A stretch of DNA of 64,000 nt from Eledone cirrhosa (lineage: Eukaryota), in assembly GCA_964016885.1 (NCBI GenBank), contig OZ024740.1, forward strand, positions 386,756,001 to 386,820,000, written 5' to 3'. The translations under genes were made by a program, and so were the position numbers. This document shows, in pieces, positions 53,236-64,000 of the stretch (within the stretch, counting starts at the first letter, position 1; the number at the start of each line of letters is the position of its first letter). The notes beneath the pieces are model-generated. The model searched no databases and was not told the origin of the DNA. It worked only from the letters and a program-made list of their open reading frames with translations.

Positions 53236-53295
53236 TATATATACTTTATATATACGGGATAACAAGTTATCGTTATAGGTAATCTTTATATATAT
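53095..53295. repeat. Palindrome with (TG)n/(CA)n centre
   Basis: aaagattacctataacgataacttgttatcccg / cgggataacaagttatcgttataggtaatcttt arms. Confidence 0.9.
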
Positions 53296-53677
53296 ACTTA
53301 CATATATATATATATATACTCACACACATACATATATATATACTTTATATATTTACTTTATAAGCCGAAGCTGAAGCATTTAGACAATATGCCCCCACCT
53401 ACTCCAAAGTGGTCGTGGAGGTGCCACGGCAAAAAAGCACCCAGCCCACACTGTAAAGTGGACGTGTAGGCGCCACGGGAAAAAAAGCACCCAGCACTCA
53501 CTGAAAATGAGGTTGGTGTTAGGAAGAGCATCCAGCTGTAGAAATCAAGCCAGAATCAGTTCCCATATGAGCAAGACAAGGTCAGCCAACTGGACACTGC
53601 CTACAACAGGACAATCCGTCTAACCCATGCTAGCGTGGAAGAACAGACGTAAAACGGTGATGATGATGATGATATAT

Positions 53678-53726
<49 letters not shown>

Positions 53727-53775
53727 GCACACATACACATATATAATATATATACACGCACACATATATAATATA

Positions 53776-54686
53776 CTAGCAGTGGTTCCCTGCGTTTCAC
53801 GGGATAAGGTATTTTGGAACGCGGGCCGCCAACAGACCTAATCGTGGAAAAACTGCATGCCTGGACAATATGTAAAGAAAATAAACCGAATACTCTGGTG
53901 GCTGGATAATCTTTAAGATTTTCCTCGATGAAGCAGGAAAAATGCAGGTTTTCACCTAGAGGATCAAGAAATATTTTTATGTGCATAACATGCCTTGAAA
54001 TTTCAAGTAAATTGGCTAGACGTAACGCCTCAAAAAAGCCCTAAAAAACTGAAAAAATGAAGTTTTTCACCTAATGCGAGCCCTAGGCCATAAGAAAGTT
54101 GAATTTTCTTTGCTCACAGTATGAAGAAGAGACTGACTAATACATAGTTACAATTTCAAGGAAATCAGTCTGACGTAATGACTCAAAAAACTCCTAAAAC
54201 CTGAAAAAACGCAGTTTTTCACCTAATGCGGGCCCTAGGGGATCAAAATGTTGAATTTTTTTTATGTGCATAACACTCCCTGAAATATAAGTAATACACA
54301 TGTAAAGTTTGAAAAAAAGTCGGTTGGGTACTTCTCGAGTTTTAGGGATTCAAACTCACAGACACACACACACACACACACACACACAGGCATCCTCAGG
54401 GAAGTGACGTAATGCAGACATGCAGACAGATATTATAAGGGCGCGACGTTATATGTATGTATCTATCTAAAAAGAGAAAGACTAAGAATTATTAGAGAGA
54501 TATCGCTAAATCGTCTAATGCGGTCCCTAGGGCATTGAAAATTTGAAATTTGTTTTGCTCAGAACACTCCCTGAAACATAAGTATTACATGTGTAAAGTT
54601 TGAAAACGGTCGGTTGGGTGGTTCTCGAGTTTTAGGGATTCAAACTCACACACACAGACAGACATCCTCAATTTTATATATATAGA
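53776..54686 (-). mobile_element. Non-autonomous Helitron-like element with internal ~160 bp tandem repeats
   Basis: Minus strand starts TCtatatatataaaattgaggatgtctgtctgtgtg and ends in hairpin cccgtgaaacgcaggg followed by CTAG|T; internal units gtttttcacctaatgcg.gccctagg..tttcaag..gacgtaa..ctcaaaaaa; 5' module duplicated (~54270-54400 vs ~54560-54670). Confidence 0.75.
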
Positions 54687-55235
54687 CTAGCAGAAAATCA
54701 TCCGGTGGGCGGTTTTCTGCTAGTAAATCTAGTGTATATACTGATATTGTTGAGATTTGGATGAGAAATGTTTTCGGCACCACATGTTTACCGTCTCTCG
54801 GTGTGTCTTTTATGCATGTATAAATATATATGTTATCTATACGGTGAAATATTTGAAATAAATATATGTTAAAACGAAAAAGGAGAAAAAGAGATTAGTG
54901 ACGGAAATATAAACATTATGATACATAAACGTTATGGTATAACGATGGAAATATATCTTCAAATGCTCCTTGGCATGGTGTCAAGTCAGAACCGCCTCGA
55001 ACTGGTTACTTCTGGCTTGTGCAAGGTGTCTCTATAGCAACCAGCGATTCCCTCGGCCTCAGTGACCAAAGTCAGTGGAGAGGAGAGGGTAATGTTTCTA
55101 TAGCGACAGTGTTTCTTTTGGTAGTACCAAAGTGGAGAAAGGAAGGGGAAGGTAATATTTCTGTAGCACCTACATTTGAGTTTTAGGGAAGGACAGACAG
55201 ACAGCCAGACAGACAAACAGAGAAATGCCCATATA
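54687..55235 (-). mobile_element. Second Helitron-like element abutting the first head-to-tail
   Basis: CTAG plus hairpin cagaaaatcatccggtgggcggttttctg at 54687-54724; (ACAG)n block at 55190-55220. Confidence 0.5.
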
Positions 55236-55239
55236 TTTC

Positions 55240-55294
<55 letters not shown>

Positions 55295-55441
55295 CACACA
55301 GAGAAATGTATATATATTTCTGTGTGTATATATATATATTTCTGTGTGTGTATATATATATATATTACACACACAGAAATGTATATATATTTCTGTGTGT
55401 ATATATATATATTACACACACAGAAATGTATATATATTTCT
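55232..55441. repeat. Palindromic minisatellite (atttctgtgtgt-(TA)n-ttacacacacagaaatg)
   Basis: About three alternating inverted units. Confidence 0.85.
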
Positions 55442-55764
55442 TAGAACAAAATTATTATTAATGTTTTGCTGTTCATAACAATTGGAATTGAAAAATTACT
55501 TTTGAAATTATTAGTTATTTTACTAATGCTTAGATATGTAAAAATTAAGCAATGTTTCTAATAATTGTTTCTACTTTTGGCACAAGGCCAGCAAATACCC
55601 AGTACATTACTGGTACTTTATTTTATCGACCCCGTGAGGATGAAAGGCAAAGTTAACCTCGGCGGTATTTGAACTCAGACCGTTAAGGGACGTAACTCCA
55701 TGCTATGAAGCATGGTGTCCGACTCTCTACAGATTCTGCCAATCCACCGCCCTAATGTCTGTAC

Positions 55765-57055
55765 GTAATGAGGGAGTGAGAGGGGAGAGAAAGAAAGGTA
55801 GAGGTGAAGTGACGAAGTGACTCTCTCCTCCTCCTCCACCTCCATCTCCCCATTCATCACAGCGATAGAGGGGAGGAATATTAGTGTGTTACAAAGAGAA
55901 AGAGTGAGAGTGAGAGAAACAGACAGACTAAAAGAGAGGGATAGCTGGAGAGAGAGAGAGATAGCAACCACGCGCGCACGTGTTTCCACTATCGGACAGA
56001 CAGACAGACAAATTGCTGGTTATATATTATAAGGAGACTTGAAAGTCAAGAAATGGTGACTGTCGCAAATAACGCCAACAGAGGCAGACTCATTAGAGCC
56101 AATAGAATTTTCCCCAAAATAATATGGGCCGAAGCCGAAAAAAATTTTGTTTGGCAGCTCTAATTGCGCCTTAATTTTATTCAAAAAATTGTATACTAAC
56201 ATATTCGAATACCAGGCACTATTGGAATCAACAATAGCAGCGTCCTGAGGGTCATTACAAAACACAAATTCGCGAGAATTAGTGTTTAAGGCTTGGAAGG
56301 TGGTAAAAAAATTCACAAAATCTTCCATTCTTTTAAAAATAAAATTTATTTTTAATAATATTTAAATAACTGGAGGTTAGAAAAAAATATTCCTATGAAA
56401 TGTTAATCATACCATTAGGTGTGAATAAGGAAATATTTTTTTATTGTCAAAACAAATGTTCAAAAGTTAAACTTCAATTTTTTTAATTATTTCCAATTTT
56501 TTCATGAAATTGAACACTGGACATTGGCTGCTGGAAATGGAAATTAAATCGTATTTAATTGTATTTAAATTTCTAACCTTATTTTATTATTTATATTTTT
56601 TCAATAAGAAATTAAAAAAAACAAGAAAATTGAAGAAAAAAATTGAACAAATCAAACGTAGGTTATGGAACTGCGCAATCTGATTAATAAATTACCTCAT
56701 CAGCAGCAACCTTCTTCAAATGGTCCTTATTATCAGCAGCAACAACCACAAATTCAATGGCAACCTTCTTCAAATGGTGTCAAGTCAGAACCGCCTCGAA
56801 CTGGTTACTTCTGGCTTGTGCAAGGTGTCTCTATAGCAACCAGCGATTCCCTCGGCCTCAGTGACCAAAGTCAGTGGAGAGGGGAAGGTAATGTTTCTAT
56901 AGCACGTGTTTTAGCGTCTATTCACTCTCTCTCTCTCCCTCCCGCTATCCCCCTCTCGTAGTCTGTCTCTTTCTTTCACTCTCACTCTCTCTCTCTACGC
57001 ATGTGTTTCCACTGTCGGACAGACAGACAGAGAAATTGCTGGTTATATATATAAG
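55765..57055. mobile_element. Helitron-like modules enclosing an unrelated AT-rich segment
   Basis: gtgtttccact.tcggacagacagacaga.aaattgctggttatatat at ~55980-56027 and ~57003-57050; 54977-55080 duplicated at 56775-56880. Confidence 0.5.
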
Positions 57056-57442
57056 TAGATATATATATAAATATGGAGGCACATGGCTTAGTGGTTAGAG
57101 CATTGGCCTTGCAATCGAAAGGTTGTGAGTTCAATTCTCAGACCGGGTGATGTGTTGTTTCCTTGAGCAAGACACTTTATTTCACATTGCTCCAGTTTAC
57201 TCAGCTGTAGAAATGAGATGATAGGGACTGGGGTCCCTATCATTCCACTGCAAAGTGGTCGTGGAGGTGCCACGGCAAAAAAGCACCCTGCACTCACTGT
57301 AAATGAGGTTGGTGTTAGGAAGGGCATCCAGCTGTAGAAATCAAGCCAGAATCAGTTCCCGTCCCACCCTTGCAAGCAGGGAAAAGTGGACGTAAAATGA
57401 GATGATGATGATGATGAGATGATGTGTGTGTATATATATATA

Positions 57443-57920
57443 CTAGCCGAATTACCAGCGCCTTGCTGCATTTCACACTTTTTTTTGTAAGAAAATGTTG
57501 ATTGATTTTATATCAGTGATATAATTTATGGAGAAAAACTCTGCATTTCAATATTACTCAATGTAAAATGTAATGCATGAAAAATTGGAAAACATTATTT
57601 TTTGTAATACATCCAATCAAAATTACATTATTAAATCTTATTCTTATTTTGTTTCTTGTAAATAATTCTTTTCAAAATATCAATTCAAAATTTTTGTGAA
57701 TAGGCATCATATCTTGTCGTTTACCTATGGTTTAAATTTCATATAAATTGAAGGGAAAAATTTTTCAGCGAGGGTTTGTGCCCCCCAGGGAAAACTGCTT
57801 ACCAGAGAATTTGACTTGACGGTATTCTTTGAATCATATAGCATAAATATTGAAGCAGGGGAATATGGTATATAGGTCCAGAAGACATCACGAAGTATAT
57901 CATATAAGCAAGTATTGCAC
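57443..57920 (-). mobile_element. Helitron-like 3' end
   Basis: a|CTAGccgaattaccagcgccttgctgc (hairpin cagc..gctg next to CTAG) following (TA)n; right boundary uncertain. Confidence 0.4.
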
Positions 57921-57924
57921 CATG

Positions 57925-58232
57925 AAAATATAAACTTCAGCGAGAAAGGAAGTTAGGAATTTATTTGCTTTAACATATGTTTCTGTGTCTATATATGCTG
58001 ACTACAATATGTATTGTTCAATCATATGCAATACTTAATTATTTATCACACTTCTTCAGTGTAGTGGATAGTCACTTCCTCAAACAATTATAAGCTTTCT
58101 GAAGAAGTGTGATAAATAATAGTATTCCATATGATTGAACAATATATATTGTAGACAATTATGATAGACACAGAAACATATGTTAAAGCAAATAAATTCC
58201 TAACTTCCTTTCTTGGCGAAGTTTATATTTTT
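57925..58232. mobile_element. Fold-back Penelope-like terminal element
   Basis: Arms 57925-58059 and 58099-58232 are reverse complements around a 39-bp spacer. Confidence 0.8.
58094..58189 (+). ncRNA. Type I hammerhead motif with expanded helix II
   Basis: gcttt-CTGAAGA-a-gtgt..(~57 nt)..acac-a-GAAA-catatg-TT-aaagc; 5-bp helix I, palindromic helix III, GUU site. Confidence 0.65.
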
Positions 58233-58848
58233 CTTGGTACAATAATTGCTTATATATAAATATATATGACTTTTCATAAAATTGTAGGTAGCTCACTGTG
58301 GTGGGTAGCAAATAGCTGATTACCATATGCATAGCAAAGAGTCGGGTTAAAATATAAACACATATTGAGCAGAGGAACGGAGAGAGGGAGAGAATAGAAG
58401 AAAGAGAGTCTAAAGCATAAGATGAGAAATGAAAGGGGTAAAAGCAGGAATGAGATCGATAGAGCAAAAATTTTGGAGAATTGCGATAGAGGGAGAGGTA
58501 AAAATTGATAGATACAAAGTGAAAGTAGCAGCAGCAGCAGCGGTAGTAGTAACATGGGAGAGCCATTTTGGCTTTTAAATTGTAACTCTTTCTCTATCTG
58601 CTTATTTTGGTCTCTCTTTCTCTCCCTTTCTATCTATCTACAATAATGTTTCTACTTTTGGCACAAGGCCAGTAATTACCCCAGTGCATTACTGGTGCAT
58701 TATTTTATCGACCACGTAAGGATGAAAGGCAAAGTTAACCTCGGCGGGATTTGAATTCAGAACGTAAAGGGACATGATTATATGTTGTCTGACGCTCTAC
58801 TGATACTGCCAATCCACCGCCCTTTAGCATTAATAATATATTTAGCAT

Positions 58849-59511
58849 TGAAAGACGACAGCTGTATAACAAAGTGCAGGGCAATAAAGATAGACGGTAG
58901 CTACGGAGTAGGCAGACCCAGAAAAACCTGGGACGAGCTGATAAATTCTGACCTCACACACTTACACCTCTCCAAGACAATGTCACTGGACCGAGACCTT
59001 TGGCGGTACTCAGTAATAGAGAAGACCCGCCTTACCTAAATACAAAGTAAAACCTACTACAGCCAGTAGGCATCTCTAACAAAATACACCACCGCCCCAC
59101 CCCATCCACACCGCCCCTTCAATGTAAAGTTATGTTGGTGCCACAACATCCAGGCCGAAACAAATGAGATCGTGTAGACACAGTCCACGCTGTAATGTGG
59201 CCGTGTAGGCAACACGGTAAAAACCTCCCAGCCCCACACTGTAAATGTGGTTGGTGTTAGGAAGGGCATCCAGCTGTAGAAAACCTGCCAGACAGTCCAC
59301 GCTGTAATGTGGCCGTGTAGGCAACACGGTAAAAACCTCCCAGCCCCACACTGTAAACGTGGTTGGTGTTAGGAAGGGCATCCAGCTGTAGAAAACCCGC
59401 CAGATAGTCCTATGCGAGCAAGACAATCACTCTTGCCTCAAGTGGGAAAACCCCCGTCCAAACCCATGCAAGCGTGGAACACGGACGTTAAACGTTGATG
59501 ATGACGATGAT
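58849..59511 (+). mobile_element. 5'-truncated RTE LINE with ~115 bp tandem duplication in the 3' UTR
   Basis: KDDSCITKCRAIKIDG..GRPRKTWDEL..IEKTRLT; acagtccacgctgtaatgtggccg...gtagaaaacc repeated at ~59180 and ~59292. Confidence 0.9.
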
Positions 59512-59809
59512 GTATGTAACTCTATTTTCAGTATTGGGTACGTACACAGATGTTTCCACAAAAATATTTCCATACTCAGAGATACACATGCACAGTCACA
59601 TATAAACTCTCTCTCTCTCACTCACTCACTCACTCACACACACACAGACATCAGTGCATTACTGGTGCTTTATTTTATTGACCCCGTAAGGATAAAGGCA
59701 AAGTTAACCTCGGCGGGATTTGAACTCAGATCATAAAGGGCCATAATTCTATACTGCAAAGCATGGCGTCTGACCGTCAACTGATACTGCCAATCATCTA
59801 AGGTAAAGA

Positions 59810-60610
59810 GGGTCGTCCCATACTTTGAGGGGAAGAATCTTCACTAATGCAACAAGATCCTCAAAGCAGCTACAAATATGGTGAAAAAATTGCTTGGTAT
59901 CTAAACAAGGGAAAACAGATGAGAAAGGACAGAGCCTGGCCAGAAGAAGTGGTTAAATAGTCAAATCAAGGAAATAAGAAAGGACATCGGGAAACTTGAG
60001 TCTTTTTTAAATAAGATATTCCAAAACATAGATATGATGGATAGATTGACAAGGAAATACAACACTAAGGAAAAAGTACTAAATGTTGTAATAGAAGAAT
60101 TAAAACAATGTGTCATGGCCAAAAGTGTAAAAATCAAAAGATATGAGAACAAAGTTAACCAGTATAGACAAAACCAAATGTTCGACAACAACCAGATGTT
60201 ATTTGAACAACTAGTAGGGAAAGAAAAAAGCAGCGATGCTATTCCTGAGGTTGAACAGATGAACACATTTTGGAGAGGGATTTGGGATCGGGATGGTGAG
60301 CATAATAACCTGCTGAATGGATTGAGACTGTTAAAATTTTTAACAGTCTCTTTTAATAAAAAGGAGTTTAATGAACAAGCACACAAACAACCTGATTTGA
60401 ATATCTCACTTGAAACCCTTAAAAAGCAGGTCAATAAATTAACCAACTCGAAATCACCAAGCCTGGATGATGTGCAAGGATATTGGACTAAAAATATAAC
60501 ATTTCTCCACCCAATACTGATGGCCATTATCAATAACTGCTTGATGTCGGGTGAAGTACTGCAGTGGTTAACAAAAGGTACCATGATACTAATAGTAATG
60601 GTGAAAGCAT
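59810..60610 (+). mobile_element. R4/Dong-clade non-LTR retrotransposon remnant (pre-RT region and RT start)
   Basis: IEELKQ..AKSVKIKRYE..QYRQNQMF..FWRGIWD..KSPSLDDVQGYWTK..GEVLQWLTKGTMILI, motifs characteristic of R4/Dong ORFs. Confidence 0.8.
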
Positions 60611-61829
60611 GATAGCCGAATTCATAGCTTGGGTAAACAAGTGGATATCCAACCCATAGATGGGAGGTTCAAATTCTGTTACTGACATTGCGTTCTGTCC
60701 GTGGTTTAGACCTTTCATTGAGTTAATCTAGATCAACATAACTCTAAATCTTTCATAATATTCTGAAATGATCAACAACATATATGTAAAACGAATAAGT
60801 GAGAGAGAGTTTACATAGTACATAGCCCCACGATTTGCTAAAAACAGTAGCTGTTTTTCCTTCAAATCACACTTAAAAAGGTAAGAACACATGCTCTGGG
60901 ACTGTCATGGCCTGAATCTCTGATCACAGATCTCCTTAATCAGAGCTGATCTAGGAATAAACAACATTCTCATATACTGAAAATGTCCTTGTCTTATCTA
61001 CACTAATTGCTCGTTATTGTGTAGCTACTATAAGCCTTGCTCAAACCAGGCCTCTAGCAACGTCTTGATGCGACACATAGATCTTGACCTGCAGATGTAC
61101 CTCATGCAAGTGTATGGCTTAGTGGTTAGGGTGTTCGGATCATAGTCATTAAGTCATGTATTTGATTCCCAGTGGCACATTATCCTTGAGAAAGTCACTT
61201 TATTTCACTTTATTCCAGTTCACTCAACTGGCAAAAATGAGTTGTATCTACAATTCCCATATTGTGCAATGCTCAACCTACCTGAGAATTGCATTAATGG
61301 TATACATGGAATACTCAATCATTTGAATGTTAATTTGATGAGAAAGCAATTTTGTTGATCAAGTAACTGGATTACTCATCAGAACTGATGGAGTGCAAAT
61401 ACATCTTTCTTTTATCTGTTTTAGAACGACACTGCACACTTTGACATGCAAAAAGTGTGACCTTCCTGTGACAAACCTAAACTACATTAGTGTTGTAAAT
61501 AGCTTACCCTGCACTTGGTACATTTCTTATAATATAAAAAAAGAACCTTAAGTTGTTGCTGGTAGTATTTAGTCCATTACCCAGCTCTGATTGAGTAGTT
61601 TTCTATTATGCTCTAATGATTAAATGTAAACCGCTGATATTTTTTACTGACTCATGTGGCTGTCTGGACATGTTCTATTCTCTCCACTATCCAGTCTATT
61701 CCAGTTGCTGTTCTTTTGCACTTATCTTTATTTTATTTTGTTTTATTATTTGTTTGTCCTGGAAGAAGGAGCAATGATTTCAAGCATCCTTCAAGGCCAG
61801 ATTCTTTGTGAATAGGTACAAATTGACGA

Positions 61830-62420
61830 CTGCAGGGGAAAAAATGGGCAAGGAGAAAATTGTGGGAAGACAAAACGACTGTTAGATAGTGTGAAGATCT
61901 GAAATGGTGGAGGCAATATGGGTTAGGAGAGGATAGACTAGTTTATTGGGGGTGCCTGTGTAGAGGATGTTGGGGATGGAGGAGAAGAAGCCAATGTAAT
62001 AGTGATAGAAAGAGTAGAGAGAGAGAAGATAGCTCATTTAAGGTCAATAGGCTGGAGTGTATTGATGAGAGACTTCATATCAATCAATGGAGTGACGTTT
62101 TGGTGGATATTGACTATGATGTTTATATGTTTAGCAGCAACACCATCCAAAAAGTGGGAGCAGTACACCATTTGTTGAGTCACACAAGCTGTGTAGAGTG
62201 TTGCAGTTAATTGTTATGGGATGAATATTTTCTGGTCCTGAAGATGAAGGTCAGGTTTTGTGATGATCATTATTATATTGAAGTTGAAGGTGTGAGTTTA
62301 CAAGAAGTTATCCTCAGTTATGGTGTGGCCTAGTATGTGCAGCAACATTTTGGTGTTGTTTATCCAATGGCATAGCTAGAGTTGGTGTCGTCCCCCAATG
62401 CTGCCCCACCTTGCTTCACT
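61830..62420 (-). mobile_element. Decayed CR1/L2-group LINE ORF2 C-terminal fragment
   Basis: Minus strand gives IFRTRKYSS..TLYTACV..MVYCSHFLDGVAAKH..LQPI..SSLSLLFLSLL-like remnants with frameshifts. Confidence 0.6.
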
Positions 62421-63289
62421 TTTGCCTTCACAAAAAGCATAACCCAATATACAATGTAGAAGACCAAATGTGCTGGCTCTAAAATGAGTGCTGTCACGTG
62501 TTGACCCCCACCTCACAGCTATATTACTATGTGCAGTACAGAAAAGTGTTTGGAGCTAGTGAGGACTTTTCTGTGTGCATGTATTTTTATTTTGTATGCT
62601 TGTATTGAATGGTTTCAGGGCTGGATCAACAAAATATGTCCATACATAGGGCACCAAAAGAGGGGACGGTTACCACAGTTTTTTTTTCAACTGCTGGATT
62701 TACCATAGTGCAAATGGTAAATTATATCGGTTTTTCAGAAAAGAAAAATGTTGAAAACTTCTGTGTTTGTATTATTGCTATCAACAGTGGTGGGTTGACA
62801 GATTATTTATTCTGGCTCTTTATGTTTTAAGTTCAAATCGCACTGGGGTCAACTTCACCTTTTATTCTTTTGTGTTCGATAAAGTAAGGTACAGGGATCA
62901 ATTTAGTCGACTCCCCCTCCCCACAAATTGCTGCTCTTGTGCCTATTTTAGAAACCGTTACTTATTGCTATTTAGTGTTAAATAAATAGGATGGCCTGGA
63001 AAAAAATCTGATTTTTTTTTTTAATTTCACAATCATTATCTATTGTCAGTTAGACAATGATAGAATTGAAGGTGCACTATCGCTAGGCTCTGCTTAGGGC
63101 ATTAGTTGACCTTAATCCGACCCTGTGTCAGAGTGCTAGGAAAGGGAGGGAGATCAATCATGAATCTAATGTACAACATTCTTGTTTTTTTTTCTGCTGG
63201 CCAAATGTTGAATCTGTGAGCGAGCTAAATATGTTAGGGTATCTTTTTGTCTTCTTTATTATCTCTGCTATATGTGTTGTGAGTATTGT

Positions 63290-63780
63290 AACTTTATTTT
63301 TAATCTTCAATGTGTCGAGGTGTGAGATGTATGGACCTGTAACCTCTGATGGAGTTGTATGGGTGCCGTTGTAATATACAGCATGTCTTGGGCATTTTTA
63401 AACCTGGACGACCCCATCTTCTCTCCAGGTCTGAACAGCCATTTTCTTCCAGAAAGGGTGAGAGAGGAAGTGAGAAAGATATATAGAGAAAGAATTGACC
63501 CCAATATCTGTCTGATAGTTTGTTTTATGATCTTGATAGGAGGAAAAGCAAAGAGTATGTTGTCTGACATTCTAATGACTTGACTGATTCTTCACCCTGG
63601 AGTGTGAGAAAGGGAAATGCAGTTTTGATTTTGCCTCTTTCTCAGCTGGCTTAACATGTTTCAGTGATATAGCAAGGTCTCTCAGTACTTGAAGAGAGGC
63701 ACACTTTTGGTACACCCAAACCACCTTAATTGACAGGTATGATACACTAGAGAAAATTTTGTGCCACACCCTCCATATAT
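63290..63780 (-). mobile_element. Highly decayed RTE/BovB-like RT fragment
   Basis: FAFPPIKIIKQ..GSILSLYIF..LFRPGEKMGSSRFKNAQ resembles QG.ILSP.LF..FR.DG..SRLKA RT motifs. Confidence 0.35.
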
Positions 63781-64000
63781 TTCACTCATTTTACGCTACA
63801 TAAGCTTTGAGGCTTATGTAGTATGAAATGAGTTCAACCAATAATTAAAACCATCTCATCTGTTTTGAACACTGTGATATATATAACTCAAGCAGATTTT
63901 CCCCCTTAGTCTTCCCCATTGGTTTGTTGTAATCATATGAACATCCTATAGAGGCTAGGCACAAATATATTTTTAGAGGGGAAATTTAGATGTGATATTC

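Noticed and set aside
53940-54300. Regularly spaced repeats resembling an array
   Set aside because: Whole ~160-bp units are homologous with no unique spacers; eukaryotic context with no cas genes, so not CRISPR.
55176-55478. ORFs rich in YI/CV/TH repeats (also 12876, 13649, 40486, 45283, 52789, 53060)
   Set aside because: Translations of (TA)n, (TG)n and (CA)n microsatellites.
57074-57150. tRNA-like sequence
   Set aside because: SINE head continuing into a CORE-like body; many diverged copies, no proper acceptor stem.
59961-60584. 207-aa minus-strand ORF (also 1096-1380, 21555-21839, 44888-45172)
   Set aside because: Antisense shadows of retrotransposon ORFs.

Overview
AT-rich, microsatellite-dense eukaryotic (metazoan) genomic DNA. 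The repeat landscape (RTE LINEs with (GAT)n tails, CORE-like tRNA SINEs, TTAA MITEs) suggests a coleoid cephalopod such as Octopus; this is inference. One host coding exon is clear: the first coding exon of TMEM164 on the minus strand (CDS 18601-18921, exon 18601-18952). Its next coding exon was not found in the window, and a CpG-retaining region at about 49.5-52.5 kb may hold its promoter and 5' UTR exons. The rest is mostly mobile DNA: several 5'-truncated RTE copies (two forming a ~2 kb tail-to-tail palindrome), two abundant SINE families, a complete non-autonomous Gypsy-type LTR element with TSD, a Helitron-like cluster, piggyBac-like MITEs, and mariner, Tigger, R4/Dong and CR1 remnants. 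The least expected signal is a set of type I hammerhead ribozyme motifs of the Penelope-like-element kind, often in fold-back elements next to (TA)n tracts. Two unrelated copies share an unusual design with a 65-85 nt insert in helix II closed by opposing A residues. Most ORFs in the supplied track are microsatellite or repeat artefacts.
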